Assembly (NCBI GenBank): GCA_028292185.1
Contig: JAQGMT010000314.1
Span: 1-38,519 of the forward strand
Reading direction: 5' to 3'
Length of the DNA stretch: 38,519 bases
From: Ramlibacter sp.
GTDB taxonomy: Bacteria > Pseudomonadota > Gammaproteobacteria > Burkholderiales > Burkholderiaceae_C
Position 1 is the stretch's first letter; each line of letters opens with the position of its first letter. The position numbers and the translations under genes were made by a program. The notes beneath the pieces are model-generated. The model was not told the origin of the DNA, made no database searches, and saw only the letters and a list, made by a program, of their open reading frames with translations. Below, piece by piece: positions 9,679 through 18,165 of the stretch.

Positions 9679-9801
9679 GGCGAGAGTCTTGCGAGTTAGG
9701 CCGCTGGAACGCGCCTCGCGAAAGGCGCGTGGCCGCGGCGGGTGCGCCGTGGCGCTAAGCCTTGCATTTTAGCGTGTTTACGGACGCGCCTTTCCGCCCC
9801 C

Positions 9802-9834
9802 CTTCATGGGAGGTTAAGACGGGGCGGGCATACT
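9802..9834 (+). promoter_or_regulatory. Candidate PmrA/BasR-type direct-repeat box and -10 for eptA
   Basis: CTTCAT-N5-GTTAAG (9802-9818) is a degenerate match to YTTAAK-N5-YTTAAK. It lies 10 nt before CATACT (9829-9834). Confidence 0.4.
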
Positions 9835-9844
9835 CGCCGCACGC

Positions 9845-11533
9845 ATGAGAATTCCCGACTTGCTTCGCCGGCGCCTCGCCCGGCCGGCCATCCACATCGA
9901 AACCCTGCTGGCGCTGTGCGCCGCCTTCATCCTGCTGGCGGGAAACGGGCCGTTCTGGCGCGCGGCGCTGGCCAATCGGCCTTGGAGCGAGCCCGGCACC
10001 TGGTTGTTCGCCGGCGCCATCTTCGTTTCGCTGTCGGCTTTCTATCTGGCCTTCACGGCGCTTTTTTCCAGCCGGTACACGGTGCGTCCGCTGCTCGCCG
10101 TCTTGCTGCTGGTGACGGCCGGGTCCTCGTACTACATGGAGCACTACGCGGTCTATCTGGACCGCGTGATGCTGCGCAACGTGCTGGCCACCAACTACAA
10201 GGAGGCGAGCGAGCTGCTGGGGTGGGGGCTGGCCTGGCATCTGCTTGTGTTCGGGGTTCTGCCCGCGGCGCTGCTGTGGTGGCCGCGCCTGAAGCAGCGG
10301 CCGCCGCTGCGCGCGCTGGCCGTGCGCACCGGCTGGGTGGCGGGCTCGCTGGTCGTCGGGGCGGCCAGCCTGCTGCTCGTGTTCGCCGATTTCGCTTCCT
10401 TGATGCGCAACCATCATGAAGTGCGGCACCTGATCACGCCGGGCAACGTGGTGGCGTCGCTGGCCGGAAACATCTGGGGGCGGGCCAAGCGGCCGGCGGG
10501 GCAGGGCCTGCTCGCGGTTGGGGCCGATGCCAAGGCGGCGCCGGCACCCGCGGGCCGCAAGCCACAGCTGCTGGTCCTGGTGGTGGGCGAAACCGCCCGC
10601 GCGCAGAACTTCTCGCTGAACGGTTATGCGCGCGACACCAACCCCGAACTGGCGCGCCGCGACGTGATCAATTTCCCGAAGGCGACGGCCTGCGGCACGT
10701 CGACGGAAGTGTCGCTGCCGTGCATGTTCTCGCCCTATGGCCGGGCCCATTACGACGAGGAGCAGATCGTCTCCCACCAATCGGTGCTGCACGTGCTGGC
10801 ACGCGCCGGCGTGAATGTGCTCTGGCGCGACAACCAGTCGGGCTGCAAAGGCGTGTGCGAAGGCTTGCCCAACGAGCAACTCGATCACGCCTCGGTGGAG
10901 GGACTTTGCGCCGACGGCCAATGCCTGGACGAGATCCTGCTGCACGGCATGGACCAGGTGCTGCGTGACAAGAGCGGGAACCTGCTGGTGGTGATGCACC
11001 AGCTCGGCAGCCACGGCCCGGCCTACTTCAAACGCTACCCGGCGCCGTTCAAGAAGTTCACGCCGGCCTGCGAAACGGATGACCTGCGCCAGTGCAGCCC
11101 GCAGGAGATCGTCAACGCCTACGACAACTCGATCCTGTACACCGATCACGTGCTGGGCAAGGTGATCGATTTCCTGGACGGCGCGCAAAAGACCCACGAC
11201 ACCGCGATGCTGTACGTCTCCGACCATGGTGAGTCGTTGGGCGAGGGCGGCCTCTATCTGCACGGCGTTCCCTGGGCGATCGCGCCCGACGTGCAGACGC
11301 ATGTTCCCTTTGTGCTGTGGCTGTCGCCTGCGTTCCGCCAGAGCCAAGGCCTCGACGCCCAGTGCCTGCGTACGCGCGCGGGCCAGCAGGCAGTGAGCCA
11401 CGACTACCTGTTTCATACGCTGCTCGGCGTTTTTGGCGTGCAGACGCGCGTTTACGATCCGGCGCTGGACCTGTTCGCACCCTGCCACGTCGCGGCGGCT
11501 GGCAGTGTCAGTGCCGAGGGAGCGAAGCGGTAG
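9845..11533 (+). CDS. eptA: Lipid A phosphoethanolamine transferase
   Basis: N-terminal TM domain, VVGETARA, catalytic-Thr motif CGTSTEVSLPCMF, GSHGPAY, YDNSILYTD, SDHGES, YLHG. Confidence 0.93.
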   Translation: MRIPDLLRRRLARPAIHIETLLALCAAFILLAGNGPFWRAALANRPWSEPGTWLFAGAIFVSLSAFYLAFTALFSSRYTVRPLLAVLLLVTAGSSYYMEHYAVYLDRVMLRNVLATNYKEASELLGWGLAWHLLVFGVLPAALLWWPRLKQRPPLRALAVRTGWVAGSLVVGAASLLLVFADFASLMRNHHEVRHLITPGNVVASLAGNIWGRAKRPAGQGLLAVGADAKAAPAPAGRKPQLLVLVVGETARAQNFSLNGYARDTNPELARRDVINFPKATACGTSTEVSLPCMFSPYGRAHYDEEQIVSHQSVLHVLARAGVNVLWRDNQSGCKGVCEGLPNEQLDHASVEGLCADGQCLDEILLHGMDQVLRDKSGNLLVVMHQLGSHGPAYFKRYPAPFKKFTPACETDDLRQCSPQEIVNAYDNSILYTDHVLGKVIDFLDGAQKTHDTAMLYVSDHGESLGEGGLYLHGVPWAIAPDVQTHVPFVLWLSPAFRQSQGLDAQCLRTRAGQQAVSHDYLFHTLLGVFGVQTRVYDPALDLFAPCHVAAAGSVSAEGAKR

Positions 11534-12611
11534 GCTGCAGGTCGTCAACGACGAACCGCATCAGCTGGGTGAGGAGGTCCGGCTGGGCCAATAGCCGCTC
11601 TCGTGCGTTGCGGATGCAGTCGGCCCAGGCCTCGGCATCTGCGAGCGGCAATTCGCCGCCGATGTCATTCCAGGCGCGATGAAACTCGCGCAGCCCGGGT
11701 GGCGCGTTCAACCACGCGAGAAAGGCATCCAGCTTGCCGTGATGTGCGTCGTCACCTTGCGGATAGATCTGCCAGACCAAGGGCTTGCCCGCCCACAAGG
11801 CGCGCACCAGCGAATCTTCGCCGCGCACGAAATTGAGATCGCAGGCCCACAGCAAATGATCGAAGTCGGGCTGGCTGAGCAGCGGCAGCCAGGAAATCGA
11901 CAGCAGGCCGCGAGAGTTCCAGTCCGGCGCGGCCGCCTCGATTCGCTTCAGTGCGGCCTGGGCCGCAGCCGTGGCGCGCCCCGCCGTGACCAGCAGGTCG
12001 GTGGCGCCCGGTCCACGGGCGCACTGCGCGAGCAGCGGCTCGAGCGCGGCCGGCTCATAGCAAAACAGGCTGACCCGGCGCGCGCCCTCGGTGCGGGCGA
12101 TCCCTTGCGCGCTCAACCAGCGGGTCGCGTCGAACGCGGATTGCCGGCGCAACAGGTCATGCTCGCGCAGCAGGCCGCCCGTGCCGGCGGTGAAGCCGGG
12201 ATAGAAGAAGCGGCGGGTCAACCCGGCCGCCGGGCCGGACAACAATGGAGAGGGCAGCCGGTGGTTGCGCTCGGCGAACGACTCGGCCGTGAGGTACTCC
12301 AGGTTGATCCACGCCGGCTGCCGGCCGCTCTCGCCCGCTTTGCCGGCGATGGCCGCCTGGAATTGCGGCTCCAGTTCACAACCGAAGGCCTCGATGATCA
12401 CGTCACCGGGCTGCGCGCCGACTTGCGCAGGCCAGGGCATGACCTGCACGGCCGGTGGCCGCTGCCCTGGGGCGATCCACTCAAGCGCTGCCGCATCGTC
12501 CACCCACAGCCGCACCGTTTCACCGCGTTGCGCGAGCTGGACCGCCAAGCGCCAGCACACGCCGATGTCGCCGTGGTTGTCGATGACCTTGCAGAAGATG
12601 TCCCAGAGCAT
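11508..12611 (-). CDS. earP: EF-P arginine rhamnosyltransferase EarP
   Basis: [51 protein letters not shown]. It forms the 3' part of the 1378-aa track ORF. Confidence 0.95.
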   Translation of the reverse strand: MLWDIFCKVIDNHGDIGVCWRLAVQLAQRGETVRLWVDDAAALEWIAPGQRPPAVQVMPWPAQVGAQPGDVIIEAFGCELEPQFQAAIAGKAGESGRQPAWINLEYLTAESFAERNHRLPSPLLSGPAAGLTRRFFYPGFTAGTGGLLREHDLLRRQSAFDATRWLSAQGIARTEGARRVSLFCYEPAALEPLLAQCARGPGATDLLVTAGRATAAAQAALKRIEAAAPDWNSRGLLSISWLPLLSQPDFDHLLWACDLNFVRGEDSLVRALWAGKPLVWQIYPQGDDAHHGKLDAFLAWLNAPPGLREFHRAWNDIGGELPLADAEAWADCIRNARERLLAQPDLLTQLMRFVVDDLQPTASLPRH

Positions 12612-12656
12612 GGCGAGCGGATAGGCCTTTGCCGAATTGTCCACAATAGTGCCTGT

Positions 12657-14801
12657 ATGTCCGAGGTTCATTCCGATCAATTGCTGGCGCAGGTTGCCGC
12701 GCTGCCGTCGCTGCCGGGTGTCTACCGTTATTTCGGCGCGGACGGCGGCGTGCTCTACGTGGGCAAGGCGCAGAACCTGAAGAAGCGCGTGTCCAGCTAC
12801 TTCCAGAAGAACCATGGCGGCACGCGCATCGGCCACATGATCGGCAAGATCGTGCGGCTGGAGACGACGGTGGTGCGCTCGGAAGCCGAGGCGCTGCTGC
12901 TCGAGAACAACCTGATCAAGACGCTCAACCCGCGCTACAACATCCTGTTTCGCGATGACAAGAGCTATCCCTACCTGAAGATCACCGGCGCACCCGACAA
13001 GGTCGGCTTCGTATCGCAGGAAGCTCGCGGCGGGGCTCCGTCGGCAGCCATATTTCCACGCGTGGCCTATTACCGCGGCGGCGTGGACCGCAAGCACCGC
13101 TACTTCGGGCCGTATCCCAGCGCGTGGGCGGTGAAGGAATCGATCCAGCTGCTGCAGAAAGTGTTCCGGCTGCGCACCTGCGAAGACACCGTGTTCGCCA
13201 ATCGCACGCGCCCGTGCCTGCTCTACCAGATCAAGCGCTGCTCGGGACCGTGCGTGAACCTGATCTCGGCGCACGACTACCAGCTTGACGTGCATCACGC
13301 CGAGGCCTTCCTGCGCGGCGAAACGCAGGCCGTGCTGTCGGCGCTGGAAACGCGGATGATGCAGCACGCCGACAAGCTGGAGTTCGAGCAAGCGGCTGAA
13401 CTGCGCAACCAGATGGGCGCGCTGTCCAAGGTGCTGCACCAGCAGTCGGTGGAGACGATCTCCGACAAGGACGTGGACATCCTGGCGGTGAAAGTGCAGG
13501 GGGGCAAGGCGTGCGTCAACCTGGCGATGGTGCGCGGTGGCCGGCACCTCGGTGACCGCGCTTACTTCCCCACGCACGTCGAGGATGCCGCTGCGCTGCA
13601 GGACTTCGACAGCACGGTGGACGAAGGCGCCCCGGCGGGCGAAGCGGTGCGCGTCGAGGTCCACGTGCTGGAAGCCTTCATCGCGCAGCATTACATCGGC
13701 GTGCCGGTGCCGCCGGCCCTCATCACCAGCGAACCGGTGAGCCGCGCGCTGATCGACGCGGTCTCCGAGCAGACCGGCGTGAAGGTCAGCGCCGTGCACA
13801 ACCCGCGCGAACAGCGCCGGCTGTGGCTGGAAATGGCGCAGAAGAACGCCGACATCCAGCTGGCGCGCCTGCTCGCCGAGGAAGGCTCGCAGCAGGCCCG
13901 CACACGTGCGCTGGTGGACGCGCTGGACCTGGCACCGGACAACCTCGACACATTTCGCGTGGAGTGCTTCGATATTTCGCACACTGCCGGCGAAGCGACC
14001 CAGGCCTCCTGCGTGGTGTTCCATCACCACAAGATGCAGAACTCCGAATACCGCCGCTACAACATCGAGGGCATCACGCCGGGCGACGATTACGCGGCGA
14101 TGCGCCAGGTGCTGATGCGCCGCTACAGCAAGCTGGCCGAGACCGGCCGCGATCCGCCCGATGCCACGCCGCCTGAGCCCGATGTGGCGCAGGCAAGCCG
14201 GCTGGAAGCGCTTGCGGCGCAACCGGCTGCGGCGGATGCAAGTCCTGCCGATGCGACTTCGACCGCGATTTCCGATGCGGATACGACTGCCACTGCGACG
14301 GCGACTGCGTCTGCCGCCAAGCCGGCGCGCGGCGGCGGGGGCGGCGCTGCGCGCTTGCCCGACCTGGTGCTGGTGGACGGCGGCAAAGGGCAAGTCACCA
14401 TGGCGCGGGAAGTCTTCGCCGAACTCGGGCTGGACCTCGCCGTCATCGTCGGCGTGGAGAAGGGCGCGGGCCGCAAGGTGGGCCTGGAAGAACTGGTGTT
14501 CGCCGATGGCCGCGAGAAGGTGTACCTGGGCAAGGATTCCGCGGCCTTGATGCTGGTGGCGCAAATTCGCGATGAAGCACACCGGTTCGCGATCACCGGC
14601 ATGCGGGCTCGCCGCGCCAAGGTGCGCGTGGGCGGCAGCAGCCTGGAGGACATTCCCGGCATCGGCGCCAAAAAGCGAGCCCGGCTGTTGCAGCGCTTTG
14701 GTGGCGTGCGCGGTGTGGCGGCCGCGGGCGTGGACGACATCGCGGGCGTGGAAGGGATTTCGCGCGAGCTCGCCGAGGAGATTTACCGGGCGCTGCACTA
14801 G
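12657..14801 (+). CDS. uvrC: Excinuclease ABC subunit C
   Basis: GIY-YIG domain ([23 protein letters not shown]), Cys-rich region, UVR motif, [21 protein letters not shown] and HhH repeats. Confidence 0.96.
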   Translation: MSEVHSDQLLAQVAALPSLPGVYRYFGADGGVLYVGKAQNLKKRVSSYFQKNHGGTRIGHMIGKIVRLETTVVRSEAEALLLENNLIKTLNPRYNILFRDDKSYPYLKITGAPDKVGFVSQEARGGAPSAAIFPRVAYYRGGVDRKHRYFGPYPSAWAVKESIQLLQKVFRLRTCEDTVFANRTRPCLLYQIKRCSGPCVNLISAHDYQLDVHHAEAFLRGETQAVLSALETRMMQHADKLEFEQAAELRNQMGALSKVLHQQSVETISDKDVDILAVKVQGGKACVNLAMVRGGRHLGDRAYFPTHVEDAAALQDFDSTVDEGAPAGEAVRVEVHVLEAFIAQHYIGVPVPPALITSEPVSRALIDAVSEQTGVKVSAVHNPREQRRLWLEMAQKNADIQLARLLAEEGSQQARTRALVDALDLAPDNLDTFRVECFDISHTAGEATQASCVVFHHHKMQNSEYRRYNIEGITPGDDYAAMRQVLMRRYSKLAETGRDPPDATPPEPDVAQASRLEALAAQPAAADASPADATSTAISDADTTATATATASAAKPARGGGGGAARLPDLVLVDGGKGQVTMAREVFAELGLDLAVIVGVEKGAGRKVGLEELVFADGREKVYLGKDSAALMLVAQIRDEAHRFAITGMRARRAKVRVGGSSLEDIPGIGAKKRARLLQRFGGVRGVAAAGVDDIAGVEGISRELAEEIYRALH

Positions 14802-14846
14802 GGGCGCGCGACAGCAGGGTGCCGCGAGCCATGCCAGAATCGGCGC

Positions 14847-15413
14847 ATGTTCCTCACGATCCCGACGATCTTCACCTGGACGCGCATCGTCGCGATTCCA
14901 CTGATCGTCGGGGTGTTCTACCTGGGCTGGCGCCCGGAGGTGCAGAACCTGATCGCCACCGTGATGTTCGTGGTGTTCGCCCTCACGGACTGGCTCGACG
15001 GTTACCTGGCCCGCCGGCTGAACCAGACCTCGTCGTTCGGCGCCTTTCTCGATCCGGTGGCGGACAAGTTCCTGGTGTGCGCCTCGCTGCTGGTGCTGGT
15101 GCACTTGCGGCGCGCGGACGTGTTCGTCGCCCTCATCATCATCGGCCGCGAAATCGCCATCTCCGCGCTGCGCGAATGGATGGCCCACATCGGCGCGTCC
15201 AAGAGCGTCGCGGTGCACATGCTCGGCAAGATCAAGACCACCGTGCAGATGATCGCGATACCGTTCCTGTTGTTCGACGGGCGACTGTTCGGGTTGATCG
15301 ATACCGGCCTGTGGGGCACCTGGTTGATCTGGGCCTCGGCGATCCTCACGGTGTGGTCGATGGTGTACTACCTGCAAAAGGCCGTGCCTGAAATCCGCAA
15401 ACGGGTGCAGTAG
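14847..15413 (+). CDS. pgsA: CDP-diacylglycerol--glycerol-3-phosphate 3-phosphatidyltransferase
   Basis: DWLDGYLARR..FGAFLDPVADK motif. Follows uvrC as usual. Confidence 0.96.
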   Translation: MFLTIPTIFTWTRIVAIPLIVGVFYLGWRPEVQNLIATVMFVVFALTDWLDGYLARRLNQTSSFGAFLDPVADKFLVCASLLVLVHLRRADVFVALIIIGREIAISALREWMAHIGASKSVAVHMLGKIKTTVQMIAIPFLLFDGRLFGLIDTGLWGTWLIWASAILTVWSMVYYLQKAVPEIRKRVQ

Positions 15414-15425
15414 GGCGGGCCTCGA

Positions 15426-16325
15426 ATGACTTCCGTGTGGCGGCAGGACCGCCTTGTGGCGGCGATGCCCGCCGTGTTCGTGTTGATCTGGAGCACCGGT
15501 TTCGTGGTGGCGCGCCTGGCCATGCCGCAGTCGCCGCCCATGAAATTCCTGGTCTGGCGCTACGTGTTCTCGGTGACCTGTTTTCTGGTGTGGGCCCTGG
15601 CGGCGCGAGTCAAGCTCCCGACCGATGCGCGCCAGCTCAAGCACCTTGCCGTCACCGGCATCTTCATCCAGGCGGGCTATCTCGGGGGGGTGTGGAGTGC
15701 GGTGAAGCTCGGCATGGGCGCGGGACTCACCGCACTGCTCGTGGGGTTGCAGCCGGTGCTGACGGCGTACTGGGTCTCGTCACGCGGCGGCAGCGTCGCT
15801 CCGCGCCAATGGGCCGGGCTGGCGTTTGGATTCGCGGGCCTCGCCTTGGTGGTGTGGGAAAAATTGGGCATTGGCGAGATAACCGCCCTCAACTTCGCAT
15901 TGGCTGTCCTTGCGCTGATCAGCATCACCGTGGGTACGCTGTACCAGAAGCGCTTCGTCGCCCCGTGCGATGTGCGGGCCGCCGGCCTGGTGCAGATGTG
16001 CGCTGCGCTGGCGGTCACGGCGCCCCTGGCTCTGCTGGAATCGGAGCCCATGCACGTGAACGGGGAGCTGATCGGCGCCATGGCCTGGTCGGTTCTTGGC
16101 ATGACACTCGGCGGCAGCTCATTGCTGTACCTCTTGATCCAGCGCGGCGCCGCCACCGCGGTCACCAGCCTCATGTACCTGGTGCCGCCTTGCACCGCCG
16201 TGATGGCCTGGTTGCTGTTCGGTGAAGCAATCACCGCTTTCACCGTCGCCGGCATGGCCTTGGCGGCGGTCGGCGTGAGCCTGGTGGTGCGCTCGCCTGC
16301 CCGCCGCGCCGCGGTGCCAGAATGA
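15426..16325 (+). CDS. DMT/EamA family transporter
   Basis: About 10 TMs, FVLIWSTGF, GTLYQKRF, YLVPP..WLLFGE. Confidence 0.9.
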   Translation: MTSVWRQDRLVAAMPAVFVLIWSTGFVVARLAMPQSPPMKFLVWRYVFSVTCFLVWALAARVKLPTDARQLKHLAVTGIFIQAGYLGGVWSAVKLGMGAGLTALLVGLQPVLTAYWVSSRGGSVAPRQWAGLAFGFAGLALVVWEKLGIGEITALNFALAVLALISITVGTLYQKRFVAPCDVRAAGLVQMCAALAVTAPLALLESEPMHVNGELIGAMAWSVLGMTLGGSSLLYLLIQRGAATAVTSLMYLVPPCTAVMAWLLFGEAITAFTVAGMALAAVGVSLVVRSPARRAAVPE

Positions 16326-16361
16326 GCGCCGTATTCGCAAATTCATAACAGGAGTGACGAC

Positions 16362-17447
16362 GTGACCAAGAAAAGAATCGCAGTGATTCCCGGCGACGGG
16401 ATCGGCAAGGAAGTGATGCCCGAGGGCGTGCGCGTGATGGAAGCGGCAGCGTCGAAGTTCGGCATCGACCTGGCGTTTGACCATTTCGATTTCGCCAGCT
16501 GGGACTACTGCGAGAAGCACGGCAAGATGATGCCGGACAACTGGAAAGACCTGGTGGGCAGTCATGACGCGATCTATTTCGGCGCCGTCGGCTGGCCGGA
16601 GAAGATCCCCGATCACGTGTCGCTATGGGGATCGCTGCTGCTGTTCCGCCGTGAGTTCGACCAGTACGTGAACCTGCGGCCCGCGCGGCTGATGCCCGGC
16701 ATCATCGCGCCCGTGGTGCGCCGCGACGGCAGTGCGCGCCAGCCCGGCGAAATCGACATGTACATCGTGCGAGAAAACACCGAGGGCGAATATTCGGCCG
16801 TCGGCGGCCGCATGTATCCGGGCACACCGCGCGAGATCGTGATGCAGGAAACGATCATGTCGCGCCATGGCGTCGACAGGGTGCTGAAATTCGCGTTCGA
16901 GCTGGCGCAGTCAAGGCCGAAGAAGCACTTGACCTCGGCCACCAAGTCCAACGGGATCGCGATCACCATGCCTTACTGGGATGAGCGTGTCGAAGAGATG
17001 GCAAAGGCGTATCCGGGCGTGAAGTGGGACAAGTTCCATATCGACATCCTCACCGCGCACTTCGTGCAGCGCCCCGACTACTTCGACGTGGTGGTCGCGA
17101 GCAATCTCTTTGGCGACATCTTGAGCGACCTGGGCCCGGCGTGCACCGGGACCATCGGCATCGCCCCGAGCGCCAACATGAATCCGGATCGGCTGTTCCC
17201 TTCGCTGTTCGAACCGGTGCATGGGTCGGCTCCCGACATCTACGGCAAGAAAATCGCCAACCCGATCGGCCAGATCTGGTGCGGCGCAATGATGCTGGAG
17301 TTCCTGGGGCACAAGGACGCGCACGATGCGGTGTTGCGCGCGATCGAAAAAGTGCTGCATCCTCAAAGTGGTGCGCCGCGCACCGCGGACATCGGTGGCA
17401 CCGCCGGCACCTCGGACGTCGGGCGTGCGATCGCTTCCGCGCTGTAA
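16362..17447 (+). CDS. dmlA: Tartrate / D-malate dehydrogenase (decarboxylating; DmlA/TtuC family)
   Basis: IPGDGIGKEV, GAVGWP..PDHVSLWGSLL.FRREFDQYVNLRP, NLFGDILSD, FEPVHGSAPDI. AGGAG SD before GTG. Confidence 0.9.
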   Translation: MTKKRIAVIPGDGIGKEVMPEGVRVMEAAASKFGIDLAFDHFDFASWDYCEKHGKMMPDNWKDLVGSHDAIYFGAVGWPEKIPDHVSLWGSLLLFRREFDQYVNLRPARLMPGIIAPVVRRDGSARQPGEIDMYIVRENTEGEYSAVGGRMYPGTPREIVMQETIMSRHGVDRVLKFAFELAQSRPKKHLTSATKSNGIAITMPYWDERVEEMAKAYPGVKWDKFHIDILTAHFVQRPDYFDVVVASNLFGDILSDLGPACTGTIGIAPSANMNPDRLFPSLFEPVHGSAPDIYGKKIANPIGQIWCGAMMLEFLGHKDAHDAVLRAIEKVLHPQSGAPRTADIGGTAGTSDVGRAIASAL

Positions 17448-17575
17448 GGTGCGCGCACGCTTTCGCGCATGAAGATTGGCGCGCCGCCGCATCGAAATCG
17501 GCTCGCAACCCGCATGGAATCTGGCTAAAAGTGGCTAGAATCCGCGTCCGCGCTGTTGTAAAGCCGCCTATCGTA

Positions 17576-17604
17576 TTGACACAGTATGTGTCCATCGCTT
17601 TAAT
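17576..17604 (+). promoter_or_regulatory. Sigma70 promoter for hupB-tRNA-Val
   Basis: TTGACA (17576-81), 17-nt spacer, TTTAAT (17599-604). Confidence 0.75.
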
Positions 17605-17740
17605 GGGTTGGGTGGCTTGAAGCCGCACAAGACGTCTCCCGCATCCTGCCTTCAACGCGCCGTGCGGCGCCCGCAGGATGGGGAGACATAAAACTTTTAA
17701 GAGACACTCCTGTCCAATATTCTCTGCACGAGGGGCCCCT

Positions 17741-18013
17741 GTGAACAAGACCGAATTGATTGAGCACATCGCAAAGCATGCCGATATCTCCAAGGCCGCG
17801 GCCACCCGCGCGCTCGAGTCGATGATCGGCGCCGTCAAGACCACCTTGAAAAAAGGCGGTTCGGTTTCGCTGGTGGGCTTCGGCACGTTCGCGGTGGGCA
17901 AACGCGCGGCACGCAGCGGCCGCAATCCGCGCACTGGCGCAGCGATTAAAATCAAGGCAGCCAAGGTTCCCAAGTTCCGTCCCGGCAAGGCGCTCAAGGA
18001 TGCGCTGAACTGA
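17741..18013 (+). CDS. hupB: HU DNA-binding protein
   Basis: GTG start, [11 protein letters not shown]...GFGTF...RSGRNPRTG...[14 protein letters not shown], 90 aa. Confidence 0.95.
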   Translation: MNKTELIEHIAKHADISKAAATRALESMIGAVKTTLKKGGSVSLVGFGTFAVGKRAARSGRNPRTGAAIKIKAAKVPKFRPGKALKDALN

Positions 18014-18032
18014 GCGGGCAGTTTTTCCGGTG

Positions 18033-18108
18033 GGGTGCTTAGCTCAGCTGGTAGAGCGGCGCGCTTACAAGGCGTAGGTCGGCGGTTCGATCCCGTCAGC
18101 ACCCACCA
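18033..18108 (+). tRNA. tRNA-Val (TAC)
   Basis: 76-nt cloverleaf, acceptor GGGTGCT/AGCACCC, anticodon TAC at 18066-68, GTTCGA T-loop, encoded CCA. Confidence 0.96.
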
Positions 18109-18119
18109 AACCTCCAGCG

Positions 18120-18152
18120 AAGGCGAACACTTGTTCGCCTTTTTGTTTTTTC
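18120..18152 (+). terminator. Intrinsic terminator after tRNA-Val
   Basis: AAGGCGAAC-ACTT-GTTCGCCTT followed by TTTGTTTTTT. Confidence 0.85.
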
Positions 18153-18165
18153 TAGCGAGTCCAGC

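Noticed and set aside
11679-12656. 326-aa N-terminal extension of UvrC in the ORF track
   Set aside because: It is the antisense shadow of earP. UvrC homology begins at ATG 12657.
11508-15644. 1378-aa minus-strand ORF suggesting a giant EarP fusion
   Set aside because: Only 12611-11508 is EarP. The upstream part is the stop-free antisense shadow of uvrC/pgsA, which is expected in high-GC DNA.
38-17616. Identical 13-mer TGGGTTGGGTGGC at 38-50 and 17604-17616
   Set aside because: Several 13-mer matches are expected by chance in 38 kb, and the two copies have opposite orientation relative to their genes.
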